A DNA stretch of 64,000 nucleotides from a virus (Duplodnaviria > Heunggongvirae > Uroviricota > Caudoviricetes), in the IMG/VR virus record IMGVR_UViG_2541047759_000001; one strand, given 5' to 3'. The notes under the pieces are model-generated. The model did no database searches. It was not told the origin of the DNA and saw only the letters and a list, made by a program, of their open reading frames with translations. Below, piece by piece: positions 51,342 to 60,914 of this stretch (position 1 is the first letter of the stretch; each line of letters begins with the position of its first letter). The translations under genes and the position numbers were made by a program.

Positions 51342-52571
51342 ATGAGCAGAGCACTTAACAAACTGAGCGATACACAGCTGAGGAAAATCAACGGCACACC
51401 CGCCCAAAAAACAGCCTTTCTTAATGACGGTGGAAACCTGAGCGTCAGGCATTCAACCAGTGGCCTTTTAACCTGGTATTTCACTTACAGGGCCGGAACG
51501 GGAAGGGGGGCACCACCGGAACGCATTAAGCTGGGAAATTATCCTGATCTGAGCCTGAAATCAGCCAGGGAAAAAGCCGCCCAGTGTCGCGCATGGCTGG
51601 CAGAGGGGAAAAATCCACGTCATGAAATGAATTACACCGTACAGGAAGCGTTAAAGCCGGTAACGGTTGGCGATGCGCTCACCTACTGGCTTGAGTCGTA
51701 CGCAAAGGAAAACCGCGTGGATTATGCCGCCCTGAAAAAGCGCCTTAATAATCACGTAATACAGCACATTGGTGCTATGCCGCTGGATAAATGCGAGCTA
51801 CGGCACTGGCTGGCCTGTTTTGACCAGGTGGCAAAGCGAACGCCTGTTACTGCCGGATTCTTGCTACAGACGTGCAAACAGGCGCTTAAGTTCTGCCGGA
51901 GGCGGCGCTATGCAATCAGCAACGTTCTTGATGATATGAGTGTGGCGGACGTTGGGAAAAAACCGGATATAAGCGAGCGCGTCTTAAGCACCAAAGAACT
52001 TGGCGAATTATTGCAGGCACTGGACAAAAAAATATTTTCCCCTTACTACGTCGCACTAATCCGCCTCCTGATTGTTTTCGGATGCCGGACGGTAGAACTG
52101 AGGTTATCGGAGATCAGCGAGTGGGATTTTACCGAAATGCTCTGGACCGTGCCGAAAGAACACAGCAAAACGAAGGTGGCAATATTCCGGCCCATACCGG
52201 AAGCAATACTGCCGTTCGTCACGCAGCTGGTGGAGCAGAACAGGCACACGGGCTTATTGCTGGGGGAAGTGAAACAGGAAACAAGCGTGTCGCAGTACGG
52301 CAGATTAGCGCACAGGAGGCTAAAACACCCTCACTGGTCACTGCATGACATCCGGCGCACCTTTACAACGATGCTGAACGATTTAGGCGTGGATCCTCAC
52401 GTCGTGGAGCAGCTTACAGGTCATCAGATGCCAGGGATGCAACGAGTCTATAACCATTCCCGTTATCTGGATGCGAAACGTGACGCGCTGGATATGTGGA
52501 CGGAGCGGTTAGGGATACTGGCGGGAACACATGAAAACGTAACCACATTGCCAATAGCCAGAGAAATATAA
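51342..52571 (+). CDS. int: Tyrosine integrase, P4-like family
   Basis: 409 aa; C-terminal 'HDIRRTF...GHQ...RVYNHSRY' catalytic region; adjacent to attL. Confidence 0.88.
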   Translation: MSRALNKLSDTQLRKINGTPAQKTAFLNDGGNLSVRHSTSGLLTWYFTYRAGTGRGAPPERIKLGNYPDLSLKSAREKAAQCRAWLAEGKNPRHEMNYTVQEALKPVTVGDALTYWLESYAKENRVDYAALKKRLNNHVIQHIGAMPLDKCELRHWLACFDQVAKRTPVTAGFLLQTCKQALKFCRRRRYAISNVLDDMSVADVGKKPDISERVLSTKELGELLQALDKKIFSPYYVALIRLLIVFGCRTVELRLSEISEWDFTEMLWTVPKEHSKTKVAIFRPIPEAILPFVTQLVEQNRHTGLLLGEVKQETSVSQYGRLAHRRLKHPHWSLHDIRRTFTTMLNDLGVDPHVVEQLTGHQMPGMQRVYNHSRYLDAKRDALDMWTERLGILAGTHENVTTLPIAREI

Positions 52572-52936
52572 TTTTTTTTGCGATTTTTCAGGATGCGGAC
52601 AACGTGAAACAACGAGACACAACGACGAACAACAAGGAACAAAATGGAACAACGGGTTAAAAATCAGCCATCGTAATAACCATTTGATTTTTATAGGTGT
52701 ACTGTTTTTTTATACACTGGCGAATCACTCTTAAAAATATGTAAAAAAGGCGTAAAAGTAAAATTTTATGCCTTTGCATCATAATGAATTAAAAGAGTTT
52801 TTATTCTCATTTCCCCTGCTTCTGTAAAACGACCGCCGCCAGTGTTTGCCATTCCACAAACACCCTGACACAATCCGACACAACCCAACCCAATAATCCA
52901 CCCAATGACTCTTTAAGAAACAACAAAGGGGGAATT

Positions 52937-53125
52937 GTGTTAAGCACAGATCGCTTTATACGTGAAAAAGAATGTCAGCAACTTACAGGCCTGAGCCGCT
53001 CATGTCGGTACCGCCTGGAAAAAGCCGGACAATTCCCATCACGGCGTAAGCTGGGCGGTCGTTTCGTTGGCTGGTCTTTATCCGAAGTTCTGGCATGGAA
53101 GGACAGCTGCGAGGCAGTTCACTAA
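52937..53125 (+). CDS. alpA: AlpA-family transcriptional regulator
   Basis: 62 aa; 'IREKECQQLTGLSRSCRYRLEKAGQFPSRRKLGGR...GWSLSEVLAW' typical of AlpA. Confidence 0.85.
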   Translation: MLSTDRFIREKECQQLTGLSRSCRYRLEKAGQFPSRRKLGGRFVGWSLSEVLAWKDSCEAVH

Positions 53126-53542
53126 TCAGGCTGGCGGCACACAGCCGCCACCCATCCACTAATACAGAGATCTAACCATGAATACTGGATATTCTCCCGA
53201 ACAAGGGCGGGGCTTCGTTCGTCCTGAAAAACAGAATCTGCAAAATTTTGCCGAAATTATTCCGGTTATTTCCGGCCTTACTGGCGGGAGTGAAACCAAT
53301 ATTGTTAACGCCAGAGCGTTGCAGATGTTTGATGATAAAAAGGGAGTAAATTTAACTTACACCCCTGACGGCAATCAGAATATGAGCATTATCTCTGAGT
53401 CAGGTTTCTACAAACTAATAAAAACAAAAAGCGCCCCGTTGCCGGAGCGCCTTTGTGAACAATTAACCTACTGCGCAAAAAATGAATCTGAGCAGTGGGA
53501 TTATATCAACCATGTGGAGAAGCGCCACAATTGCCGAATAAC

Positions 53543-53574
53543 GGGCAAAACAAAGGCCACCCGCTACGGTGGCC
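53543..53574 (-). terminator. Minus-strand intrinsic terminator ending the divergent regulator operon
   Basis: GGCCACC...GGTGGCC hairpin followed on the minus strand by TTTGTTTTGCCC. Confidence 0.6.
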
Positions 53575-53653
53575 CCTCGACACAAGCTACACGTTATCCC
53601 CAACGCATGAGCATTGCCAACAATGCCACATTTGCGGCTGGTGGGCAATGCAA

Positions 53654-53842
53654 TCAGTCAGGTTCAGTTCGTTGCCATACCTGCAATGAGCGCTTTTCCC
53701 TGTACTCTTTAAGGAATTGCTCAAGGGCAAAAGCACATGGCGCGAATCTTTCTGATTCATGCTCTATCTTTCTGCGCCGTCTTTTCCGTGCCGGTGATAA
53801 TGTTTTGGTCAATTCTTTATCGGTCATTGTGTTGTCCTGCAT
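53654..53842 (-). CDS. Small basic hypothetical protein
   Basis: 62-aa ORF downstream of the RHH gene on the minus strand; 'ARKRRRRK' basic patch. Confidence 0.4.
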   Translation of the reverse strand: MQDNTMTDKELTKTLSPARKRRRRKIEHESERFAPCAFALEQFLKEYREKRSLQVWQRTEPD

Positions 53843-53884
53843 AGCAATGCGCCGTAGTTACTCACACCACGGCGCTGGTGATGG

Positions 53885-54064
53885 TTACTCCTGCTCTTTG
53901 GCCTTGCGGCGCTGGCGGCGTTTGATCTCGCCTTGCATTGACGCAATGATGAATTGTGATGTGCTTTCGCCTGATTCTTTCACTGATTCCATGGCGTTTA
54001 CTATTTCGTGTGGTACACGAGCCTTTAGAGCTTGTGATTTTGCGTTTGTTGTACCCGTTGCCAT
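53885..54064 (-). CDS. Ribbon-helix-helix (Arc/CopG-like) DNA-binding protein
   Basis: 59 aa; 'LKARVPHEIVNAMESVKESGESTSQFIIASM' fits the RHH pattern; divergent from the rightward promoter. Confidence 0.6.
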   Translation of the reverse strand: MATGTTNAKSQALKARVPHEIVNAMESVKESGESTSQFIIASMQGEIKRRQRRKAKEQE

Positions 54065-54125
54065 TTCTATTCCTCTGTTGGATTGGTGGGGGACAGTATA
54101 CACAGAAAAAGCACAAATAAAACCC

Positions 54126-54166
54126 TTGACGTGGGCCACACCTAAAGCATATAGTGGGCCACACCT
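54126..54166 (+). promoter_or_regulatory. Rightward promoter with two GTGGGCCACACCT operator-like direct repeats
   Basis: TTGACG at 54126-54131, 18-bp spacer, TATAGT at 54150-54155; 13-bp repeats at 54131-54143 and 54154-54166. Confidence 0.55.
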
Positions 54167-54263
54167 TGAGATTATCAAGGTGCATAAATGCAAAGCCCCG
54201 CAAGTGTCGTTACCACTCGCAGGGCTTCTAACCACCAACGATAGCGAAAGTATCGAGGTAGCT

Positions 54264-54464
54264 ATGTTAAATCATACCACACACCCGCAAGGGCGGGACT
54301 CGCACAACCTGAATAAATACATCTGGCGTTTTATCGCCCTGAGCACGGCACAACCGCGCGTGATTACCATTGAGGCCACCAGCGAACAGGAAGCACGCCA
54401 GCAATCTCCGGCTGGCTGCGTGATGGTATTTGCTGCCCGTATTCGTCAGGGGGTAGGCTTATGA
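54264..54464 (+). CDS. Small hypothetical protein, first gene of the rightward satellite operon
   Basis: GAGGTAG RBS 5 nt upstream of ATG at 54264; 66 aa. Confidence 0.5.
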   Translation: MLNHTTHPQGRDSHNLNKYIWRFIALSTAQPRVITIEATSEQEARQQSPAGCVMVFAARIRQGVGL

Positions 54465-54691
54465 GCCAGGAAATCACACTACAACAGGCAGCAGAACGCG
54501 CCCACCAAATCGAAGTTATTTGCGCACTGGCAGAGGATTACCCTGGCATGATGACCGACAGCGAATCAGGGGCAATCATCGGCTTACTTAAACGCCTTAG
54601 CGGTGAGGTCTGCGTATTCCTGAGCGATGAACAGGAAAGAAGAACGCTTATTTCTAACGAAAAAAAATGCGGAGGGGTACATGTGCAATAA
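54461..54691 (+). CDS. Small hypothetical protein
   Basis: 76-aa ORF, start overlapping the upstream stop. Confidence 0.5.
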   Translation: MSQEITLQQAAERAHQIEVICALAEDYPGMMTDSESGAIIGLLKRLSGEVCVFLSDEQERRTLISNEKKCGGVHVQ

Positions 54692-55115
54692 AACCACACC
54701 GGACGCAGCCGCCGCCGCACTCACTACGCTGATGCACGCGCTTATTGATATTGAATGCACGGCAGAGCTTGCGCAGGGAGAAGAACAGAAAGACCGGACA
54801 CAGTTCGCCCTGGAATGTATCCGATACATCGCAACGCGGTCGCTGAATGACGCTAAAAATATTCTTGTTGCTGATTGTGAAAATGGGGGGGTTATGCGTG
54901 ATGATCGTTTTAATTCCCTGAAACAGGAATTTTCCGGCGTTCCTGATGATGCGGCTGATGCGCTTTCGTCAATGCCAGAGCTTATTAGAGCGGATTTTTT
55001 CTTACTTTCCACGAGAGAATATAAATCAACGGGGCTTGATGTACTGAATATCGCCGCCGATTATGCTGATTTCGTGACAGAGGTTATTTTAAGAAAAACG
55101 ACGGACGGGGATTAA
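54681..55115 (+). CDS. Hypothetical protein
   Basis: GGAGGGG RBS before ATG at 54681; 144 aa. Confidence 0.55.
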   Translation: MCNKTTPDAAAAALTTLMHALIDIECTAELAQGEEQKDRTQFALECIRYIATRSLNDAKNILVADCENGGVMRDDRFNSLKQEFSGVPDDAADALSSMPELIRADFFLLSTREYKSTGLDVLNIAADYADFVTEVILRKTTDGD

Positions 55116-55116
55116 T

Positions 55117-55350
55117 ATGCGTGATATTTACCACGAAACAATAGACCGCGCATTTCTTGCACTTTCTCACAGTGAAAATATGTTGGAAATATTGCGCATA
55201 TGTCTTGAAACGCTTGGAGATAATGAACGTGATAAACAGAAATCAAGGATTGTCACGGCATTAATAACGCTTCTTGAGCCTGTAATAAATGAGTTGCAGG
55301 AAATAGAGACATTACACGACCAGTATAAAGCGCCCCACACCGGAGAATAA
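55117..55350 (+). CDS. Small hypothetical protein
   Basis: 77-aa ORF starting 2 nt after the upstream stop. Confidence 0.5.
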   Translation: MRDIYHETIDRAFLALSHSENMLEILRICLETLGDNERDKQKSRIVTALITLLEPVINELQEIETLHDQYKAPHTGE

Positions 55351-55355
55351 AAATA

Positions 55356-55655
55356 ATGAAACTTAAATATTCTGGCTTAACTGCCAGTGGCAAAACTCGC
55401 ACTAAATTCATGCGCGGTGATATTTACCGCGATAAGTACGGCGGCACGGTAATGATTAAGGGCGTGGAGGAACGGCGCGTAACCTACCGTCGTGAAGGCT
55501 ACGAATATGATTGCGTGATGCCTGTTTATCAGTTCGACCGTGATTTTTCTCTTGTGCAGGCCGTACCGCGTAACGTGCCCACCAGCAGGGAGAAAGCACG
55601 CGCCAATATTCAGAAGATGAAAACCATGATTAAAGGATTCAGGGGTAAAAAATGA
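55356..55655 (+). CDS. Small basic hypothetical protein
   Basis: 99-aa ORF overlapping the primase start. Confidence 0.5.
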   Translation: MKLKYSGLTASGKTRTKFMRGDIYRDKYGGTVMIKGVEERRVTYRREGYEYDCVMPVYQFDRDFSLVQAVPRNVPTSREKARANIQKMKTMIKGFRGKK

Positions 55656-57406
55656 AACTGGCACCGAACGTAAAACAGCAGTCACGCGGCATAAAACACA
55701 AAGGAACAGAAGTCATTATTTTTGCGGGTAGTGATGCCTGGGCACACGCGAAACAATGGCAGGAACATGATGCGCGTATGGCCGGAGATAATGAGCCTCC
55801 TGTGTGGCTTGGGGAGCAGCAGTTATCAGAACTGGATAAGCTGCAAATTGTGCCGGAAGGCAGAAAATCCGTGCGCATATTCAGGGCCGGATATCTTGCG
55901 CCAGTAATGATAAAGGCGATTGGCCAGAAGCTGGCGGCGGCAGGCGTACAGGATGCAAATTTTTACCCTGATGGTATGCACGGTCAGAAGGTGGAGAACT
56001 GGCGCGAATATCTGGCCCGTGAGCGCCAGAATCTTTCTGATGGTCTGGTCATTGAGCTTCCGGTAAAGCAAAAGGCGCAACTTTCGCAGATGGCGGACAG
56101 TGAGCGCGCGCAGCTGCTTGCCGATCGCTTTGATGGCGTTTGCGTACATCCTGAAAGTGAAATCGTTCACGTATGGCGCGGCGGGGTATGGTGTCCGGTC
56201 AGCACAATGGAACTTAGCCGCGAAATGGTGGCGATCTATTCAGAGCACAGGGCCACTTTCAGCAAGCGCGTAATCAATAACGCCGTGGAAGCGTTAAAAG
56301 TTATTGCCGAACCAATGGGCGAGCCGTCCGGCGATTTGCTGCCGTTCGCCAATGGTGCGCTTGACCTGAAAACGGGGGGATTTTCCCCGCACACGCCGGA
56401 GAACTGGATCACCACGCACAACGGCATTGAGTACACGCCACCAGCACCAGGGGAGAACATCCGCGATAACGCGCCAAACTTTCATAAATGGCTTGAGCAC
56501 GCAGCCGGAAAAGACCCGCGCAAGATGATGCGTATATGTGCCGCGCTGTACATGATTATGGCGAACCGGTACGACTGGCAGATGTTTATTGAGGCCACCG
56601 GAGACGGCGGGAGCGGTAAAAGTACATTCACGCACATAGCCAGCCTTCTGGCAGGGAAACAGAACACGGTAAGCGCTGAAATGACATCGCTTGATGATGC
56701 TGGTGGACGTGCGCAGGTTGTCGGGAGTCGTCTTATCGTCCTGGCTGACCAGCCGAAATATACAGGCGAAGGAACGGGCATCAAGAAAATCACGGGCGGT
56801 GACCCCGTGGAAATTAACCCGAAATACGAAAAGCGTTTCACGGCTGTAATCAGGGCGGTGGTGCTGGCGACCAACAATAACCCGATGATATTCACCGAAC
56901 GGGCCGGAGGTGTGGCACGTCGTCGCGTGATTTTCCGTTTCGACAATATCGTCAGTGAGGCCGAAAAAGACAGGGAGCTACCGGAAAAGATCGCGGCTGA
57001 AATCCCTGTCATTATCCGCCGATTGCTGGCGAACTTTACCGACCCTGAGAAGGCACGGGCTTTACTACTGGAACAGCGTGACGGTGATGAAGCACTGGCA
57101 ATAAAGCAACAGACGGATCCGGTTATTGAGTTTTGCCAGTTCCTGAATTTTCTGGAGGAAGCGCGCGGCCTGATGATGGGGGGCGGTGGCGATTCAGTGA
57201 AGTACACGACCAGGAACAGCCTTTACCGCGTCTATCTGGCGTTTATGGCATACGCAGGCAGGAGCAAACCGCTAAACGTAAATGACTTTGGAAAGGCTAT
57301 GAAGCCTGCCGCAAAAGTTTACGGACATGAATATATTACGCGGAAAGTTAAGGGGGTAACGCAGACTAACGCAATAACAACAGACGAGTGCGACGCGTTT
57401 TTATAA
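55652..57406 (+). CDS. Primase-helicase (P4 alpha / D5-type, P-loop NTPase)
   Basis: 584 aa; Walker A 'GDGGSGKST'; N-terminal primase-like region; followed by the iteron origin. Confidence 0.85.
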   Translation: MKLAPNVKQQSRGIKHKGTEVIIFAGSDAWAHAKQWQEHDARMAGDNEPPVWLGEQQLSELDKLQIVPEGRKSVRIFRAGYLAPVMIKAIGQKLAAAGVQDANFYPDGMHGQKVENWREYLARERQNLSDGLVIELPVKQKAQLSQMADSERAQLLADRFDGVCVHPESEIVHVWRGGVWCPVSTMELSREMVAIYSEHRATFSKRVINNAVEALKVIAEPMGEPSGDLLPFANGALDLKTGGFSPHTPENWITTHNGIEYTPPAPGENIRDNAPNFHKWLEHAAGKDPRKMMRICAALYMIMANRYDWQMFIEATGDGGSGKSTFTHIASLLAGKQNTVSAEMTSLDDAGGRAQVVGSRLIVLADQPKYTGEGTGIKKITGGDPVEINPKYEKRFTAVIRAVVLATNNNPMIFTERAGGVARRRVIFRFDNIVSEAEKDRELPEKIAAEIPVIIRRLLANFTDPEKARALLLEQRDGDEALAIKQQTDPVIEFCQFLNFLEEARGLMMGGGGDSVKYTTRNSLYRVYLAFMAYAGRSKPLNVNDFGKAMKPAAKVYGHEYITRKVKGVTQTNAITTDECDAFL

Positions 57407-57419
57407 TTTTTTGTAATTG

Positions 57420-57650
57420 CTGTCTACCCTGTCTACCTGAGTAAAGAAAAATACATTTAATTCAGTGCATTAAGTTAGGTAGATAGCCTTTTTTTACTGT
57501 CTACCCACTATCTACCCTCTCTACCTGATTTTACCTGAATCAGACAGGGAGGTAGACACGGGGTAGATAGTGGATAAAAGCACTCTACCCCGCTGAAAGC
57601 CGCGCCATTACTGGCATGAGGGCCACTAAGGTAGATAAGGTAGACAAGGG
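57420..57650. repeat. Satellite origin of replication: about 11 copies of the GGTAGA(C/T) iteron in both orientations
   Basis: Copies of GTCTACC / GGTAGAC / GGTAGAT immediately downstream of the primase-helicase gene. Confidence 0.75.
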
Positions 57651-57694
57651 GAGGCACAACTCAAAACTTTTTAAACGAGGGGGTAAAAATAAAT

Positions 57695-57973
57695 ATGCAC
57701 ACTTCAGGGAAATTTAATAAATCACTCAAAAAACGCAGAGACAGAACAGAACCGAAATATCGCGCGTTAGACATGACAGAGCACGCTTTAAAGGTGGCAA
57801 TCAGAACGATAGACCGCCACGCGGGGGAAGGATACGCGAAAGCACATCCCGAACTGATAAGCGCATTCATGACCACGACGGCGGCAAATTTTGCCACGCT
57901 GACAGAGCGGGAGATTGCCGAAGCGGAACAGGTAACAACCATCAACGTTAAAACCGGAGAGGTGGAATCATGA
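57695..57973 (+). CDS. Hypothetical protein
   Basis: GAGGGGG RBS upstream; 92 aa. Confidence 0.45.
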   Translation: MHTSGKFNKSLKKRRDRTEPKYRALDMTEHALKVAIRTIDRHAGEGYAKAHPELISAFMTTTAANFATLTEREIAEAEQVTTINVKTGEVES

Positions 57974-58392
57974 CAGCACAGATAGCAGCTTACGGGCGGC
58001 TGGTGGACGACCCGCAGGTAAAACAGACCAGCAAGGGCACACCGATGACGCTGGCGCGTATGGCGGTCCCCCTTCCGTGCAGCCAGGCAGATGACGGAAC
58101 GGCGACGATGTGGTTATCCGTCCTGGCATTTGGCAGACAGGCCGAAGCACTGGAAAGGCACCGCAAGGGTGAACTCCTGAGCGTGGCGGGTAACATGCAG
58201 ATCAGCCAGTGGACTGGGCAGAACGGAGAAACGCGGCAGGGCTGGCAGGTTATCGCAGACAGTGTAATCAGTGCGCGAACGGCGCGACTGGGCGGCAAAA
58301 AAGGTCAACAGGGCCAGGCTACTGACGCGCTGAACAGGGCAAAACAACAGGCGGGGAATGATGATCCGTACGGGGATAACATACCGTTTTAA
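57970..58392 (+). CDS. ssb: Single-stranded DNA-binding protein
   Basis: OB-fold N-terminus, Gly/Gln-rich linker, acidic C-terminal tip 'DDPYGDNIPF'. Confidence 0.85.
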   Translation: MTAQIAAYGRLVDDPQVKQTSKGTPMTLARMAVPLPCSQADDGTATMWLSVLAFGRQAEALERHRKGELLSVAGNMQISQWTGQNGETRQGWQVIADSVISARTARLGGKKGQQGQATDALNRAKQQAGNDDPYGDNIPF

Positions 58393-58408
58393 GCGACGAG
58401 AGACAGAA

Positions 58409-58430
58409 GCCGGAGCAATCCGGCTTTTTT
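58409..58430 (+). terminator. Intrinsic terminator after ssb
   Basis: GCCGGAGCAATCCGGC hairpin followed by TTTTTT. Confidence 0.75.
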
Positions 58431-58807
58431 ACGGGGCCTCCTGGCGGGGTGGGCCTGAACACGGGGCGGGAAGCGCGGAAAAAAGCGCATTTTTGTGATT
58501 TTATCGTCATCATCATCATGAGCGTAATTTATTGTTTTTAATTGTTTTGATGCAAAAAAGATGATGGTTGTGGTTAATTTTTGTTCGACATCTTTGCAGG
58601 CAGATAAAAAAGCCCGATAAGGTCAGAGGTGGCTTATCGGGCTTTTGCATATGAGGCTTTTTGGTGCACTGACACACATGATCGGGATAATCATTTCATA
58701 ATTTGCAACACAACTCAATATCATTGCACAAAATGCAATCCTGATTATAATCAGAGCTGGATGAACATCCAGTTATGATTTTTTAAGTCAAAGAGGAATT
58801 TCTTACT

Positions 58808-59014
58808 ATGGCTGAAGAGAAAAAAGGCGGTATTTCGGTGTACATAAGCCCCGACATCGTGAAGGCGCTCAAGGAACGCCACCAGCAGAACGTAAAAGCA
58901 GGCATTGCGGCAGGACTTGATCCGCTGGCGATGGTTGAGCCGTCAACAGGCTGGCAGGTACGCGCCTATTTACGCGCGGCGCTGGGTATGAATCAGGTTC
59001 ACGGGGGTGAATAA
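58808..59014 (+). CDS. Small hypothetical protein preceding the satellite capsid gene
   Basis: AAGAGGAA RBS; 68 aa; stop overlaps the capsid gene start. Confidence 0.5.
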   Translation: MAEEKKGGISVYISPDIVKALKERHQQNVKAGIAAGLDPLAMVEPSTGWQVRAYLRAALGMNQVHGGE

Positions 59015-60069
59015 TGACAGTAAAAGCAATGGCACTTAACACTAACCAGCTTTTTGCGTACCTGAATCGCGGGGATATTGCGGAATTTAAATTCAGTCCG
59101 CTGTTTACCACGCTGTTTTTCCCGAACGTGGCGACATTCAGCACGCAAAACATCATGCTGGATACCCTGGACATTGAAGAAGTCACCATGTCGGCGTTTT
59201 GTTCGCCTATGGTGGGTAGCCAGGTTCAGCGCGATAAAGGGTACGAAACCAGCACGATTAAACCTGGCTACATGAAGCCAAAGCACGAAATCGATCCAAC
59301 GAAAACCATCATGCGCATGGCTGGAGAAGATCCGGCACAGCTTAACGACCCTACCTATCGCCGTATGCGCCTGATTACTGGCAATATGCGCCGCCAGATA
59401 AACGCCATAAAAGCGCGCGTGGAATGGCTGGCGGTAAATGCGGTAACGACCGGAAAAAACATCATTGAAGGCGAAGGCATAGAGCGCTATGAAATCGACT
59501 GGAAGATACCGGAAAAAAACATCATAGAGCAGGCCGACGGGAAAAAATGGTCAGAGCAGGACAAAGAAACCCACGATCCAATCTATGATATCGAACTATA
59601 CGCCGATCAGGCTGGTTGCCCCGCAAACGTCATGATTATGGGCGCTGAGGTATGGCGAACGTTACGCAGCTTTAAAAAATTCCGTGAGCTGTACGATCTT
59701 TCCCGTGGTTCAGAGTCCGCCGCAGAGCTGGCCTGTAAAAACCTGGGCGAAGTGGTGAGCTTTAAAGGCTATCTGGGCGATATTGCCCTTATCGTCTATT
59801 CCGGCAAATACACTGACAGCGACGGCACAGAAAAATATTTCCTTGAGCCTGATTTGCTTGTCCTGGGCAACACCAACAATAAAGGGCTGGTGGCCTATGG
59901 TGCGATTATGGATCAGGACGCAGTAAGAACGGGCGCAACGCAAAACATGTTTTACCCGAAAAACTGGATTGAGGACGGCGATCCGGCGATTGAGTACGTG
60001 CAGACGCACAGCGCACCGCAGCCGGTTCCGGCAGATATTCGCAAATTTGTTACCGTCAAAATTGGTTAA
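59014..60069 (+). CDS. Major capsid protein, divergent lambda E homologue
   Basis: Shared blocks with the prophage E: 'EDPAQLNDPxYRRxRxIT', 'NIIEQADGKKWSEQD', 'VVSFKGYxGDxAxxV', 'DGTEK...LVLGNT'. Confidence 0.85.
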   Translation: MTVKAMALNTNQLFAYLNRGDIAEFKFSPLFTTLFFPNVATFSTQNIMLDTLDIEEVTMSAFCSPMVGSQVQRDKGYETSTIKPGYMKPKHEIDPTKTIMRMAGEDPAQLNDPTYRRMRLITGNMRRQINAIKARVEWLAVNAVTTGKNIIEGEGIERYEIDWKIPEKNIIEQADGKKWSEQDKETHDPIYDIELYADQAGCPANVMIMGAEVWRTLRSFKKFRELYDLSRGSESAAELACKNLGEVVSFKGYLGDIALIVYSGKYTDSDGTEKYFLEPDLLVLGNTNNKGLVAYGAIMDQDAVRTGATQNMFYPKNWIEDGDPAIEYVQTHSAPQPVPADIRKFVTVKIG

Positions 60070-60080
60070 CGGGGGATTCT

Positions 60081-60416
60081 ATGGACACTCCATACATTGA
60101 GTTATTTGCAGGCAGTCAGCAGGTCGCCACGACGCTGGTACATTTTGCCGCTGATGCTGGCGTTATTCAGGAATTTACCCCGCTGATGCTGGCGGACAAT
60201 GGCGAGTTTAAGCCGTGGGATGGTAAGGAATCTGGCAAGGCTGTTTATCTGACCTCGTACCCTGTGGACACGTCAAAGCAGAAATCAGCACAGTGTTACA
60301 AGACGGGGATATTCAATATTGCCGCCGTTAACTGGCCTGAGAGCGTCGACACCGATGCGAAAAAATGCGCCGCCTTTGCGGGTTCCGGCGTATCCGTTCA
60401 GCCGCTGGCCCGATAA
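60081..60416 (+). CDS. Head decoration protein, divergent lambda D homologue
   Basis: 111 aa immediately after the E-like gene; 'VNWPESVDTDAKKCAAFAGS' resembles the D C-terminus. Confidence 0.7.
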   Translation: MDTPYIELFAGSQQVATTLVHFAADAGVIQEFTPLMLADNGEFKPWDGKESGKAVYLTSYPVDTSKQKSAQCYKTGIFNIAAVNWPESVDTDAKKCAAFAGSGVSVQPLAR

Positions 60417-60428
60417 GCAGGGGGAACG

Positions 60429-60842
60429 ATGGCAACGAATGAAAGCATCATGACGCTACCGCTGGCGAGTAAATTTAAAGCCGAAGCGCGGGCAATGGCT
60501 GACAGAGGTTTATCAACCTATGAGGCCGTATATCAACTAAACAAACTGGAAGAGCAGGACAAGCCGCGCGCTGATGCGATTATGGCGCTTCATGAGCATA
60601 AAGACTATCAGCCGCTGTTACGTGCAATGGCAAACGTGCCATGTATTAGCGTCGATAATGCTCGTGAAATCCTGAACATGACCATAGAGCAGGAGCGCCC
60701 AAAGGTTGCACCAGAGCTTACCGCAGCCTTTGAAAACTTTATGGACATGCACAGCCCGCAAGCCGTATCAGCTGGCATGGCATACGATGGCAGAAACCAG
60801 GGCGATGACGGCGACATCGATCGCATACTGAAAACCATCTGA
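60429..60842 (+). CDS. Scaffold-like protein related to the C-terminal (Nu3-like) domain of the prophage C gene
   Basis: 'ADAIMALHEHKDYQPLLRAMANVPCISVDNAREILNM' and 'FENFMDMHSPQAV' parallel the C-protein repeats and its C-terminus. Confidence 0.6.
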   Translation: MATNESIMTLPLASKFKAEARAMADRGLSTYEAVYQLNKLEEQDKPRADAIMALHEHKDYQPLLRAMANVPCISVDNAREILNMTIEQERPKVAPELTAAFENFMDMHSPQAVSAGMAYDGRNQGDDGDIDRILKTI

Positions 60843-60848
60843 GACAAG

Positions 60849-60870
60849 GCCGGAGAAATCCGGCTTTTTT
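60849..60870 (+). terminator. Intrinsic terminator after the scaffold-like gene
   Basis: GCCGGAGAAATCCGGC hairpin followed by TTTTTT. Confidence 0.75.
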
Positions 60871-60902
60871 ACGGGTCCTTCCTGGAATTATGGCCCGTTA
60901 CG

Positions 60903-60914
60903 GGGCGGCGACCT
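60903..60914 (+). other. Satellite cos copy 1: cosN GGGCGGCGACCT with cosQ-like upstream and partial cosB
   Basis: 'GGGTCCTTCCTGG...GTTACGGGGCGGCGACCTCGCGGGTTTTCGCTATTTATGA' is near-identical to the prophage cos at 21926; no ATGTCCGG repeats downstream. Confidence 0.8.

Noticed and set aside
53178-54464. 428-aa plus-strand ORF spanning the satellite regulatory region
   Set aside because: Most of its translation is Cys/Ser/Arg-rich and protein-unlike, it overlaps the well-supported minus-strand RHH gene, and it crosses a minus-strand terminator. Only the last 66 codons (54264-54464) have an RBS. The first 100 codons could be a gene remnant, but I could not support that.
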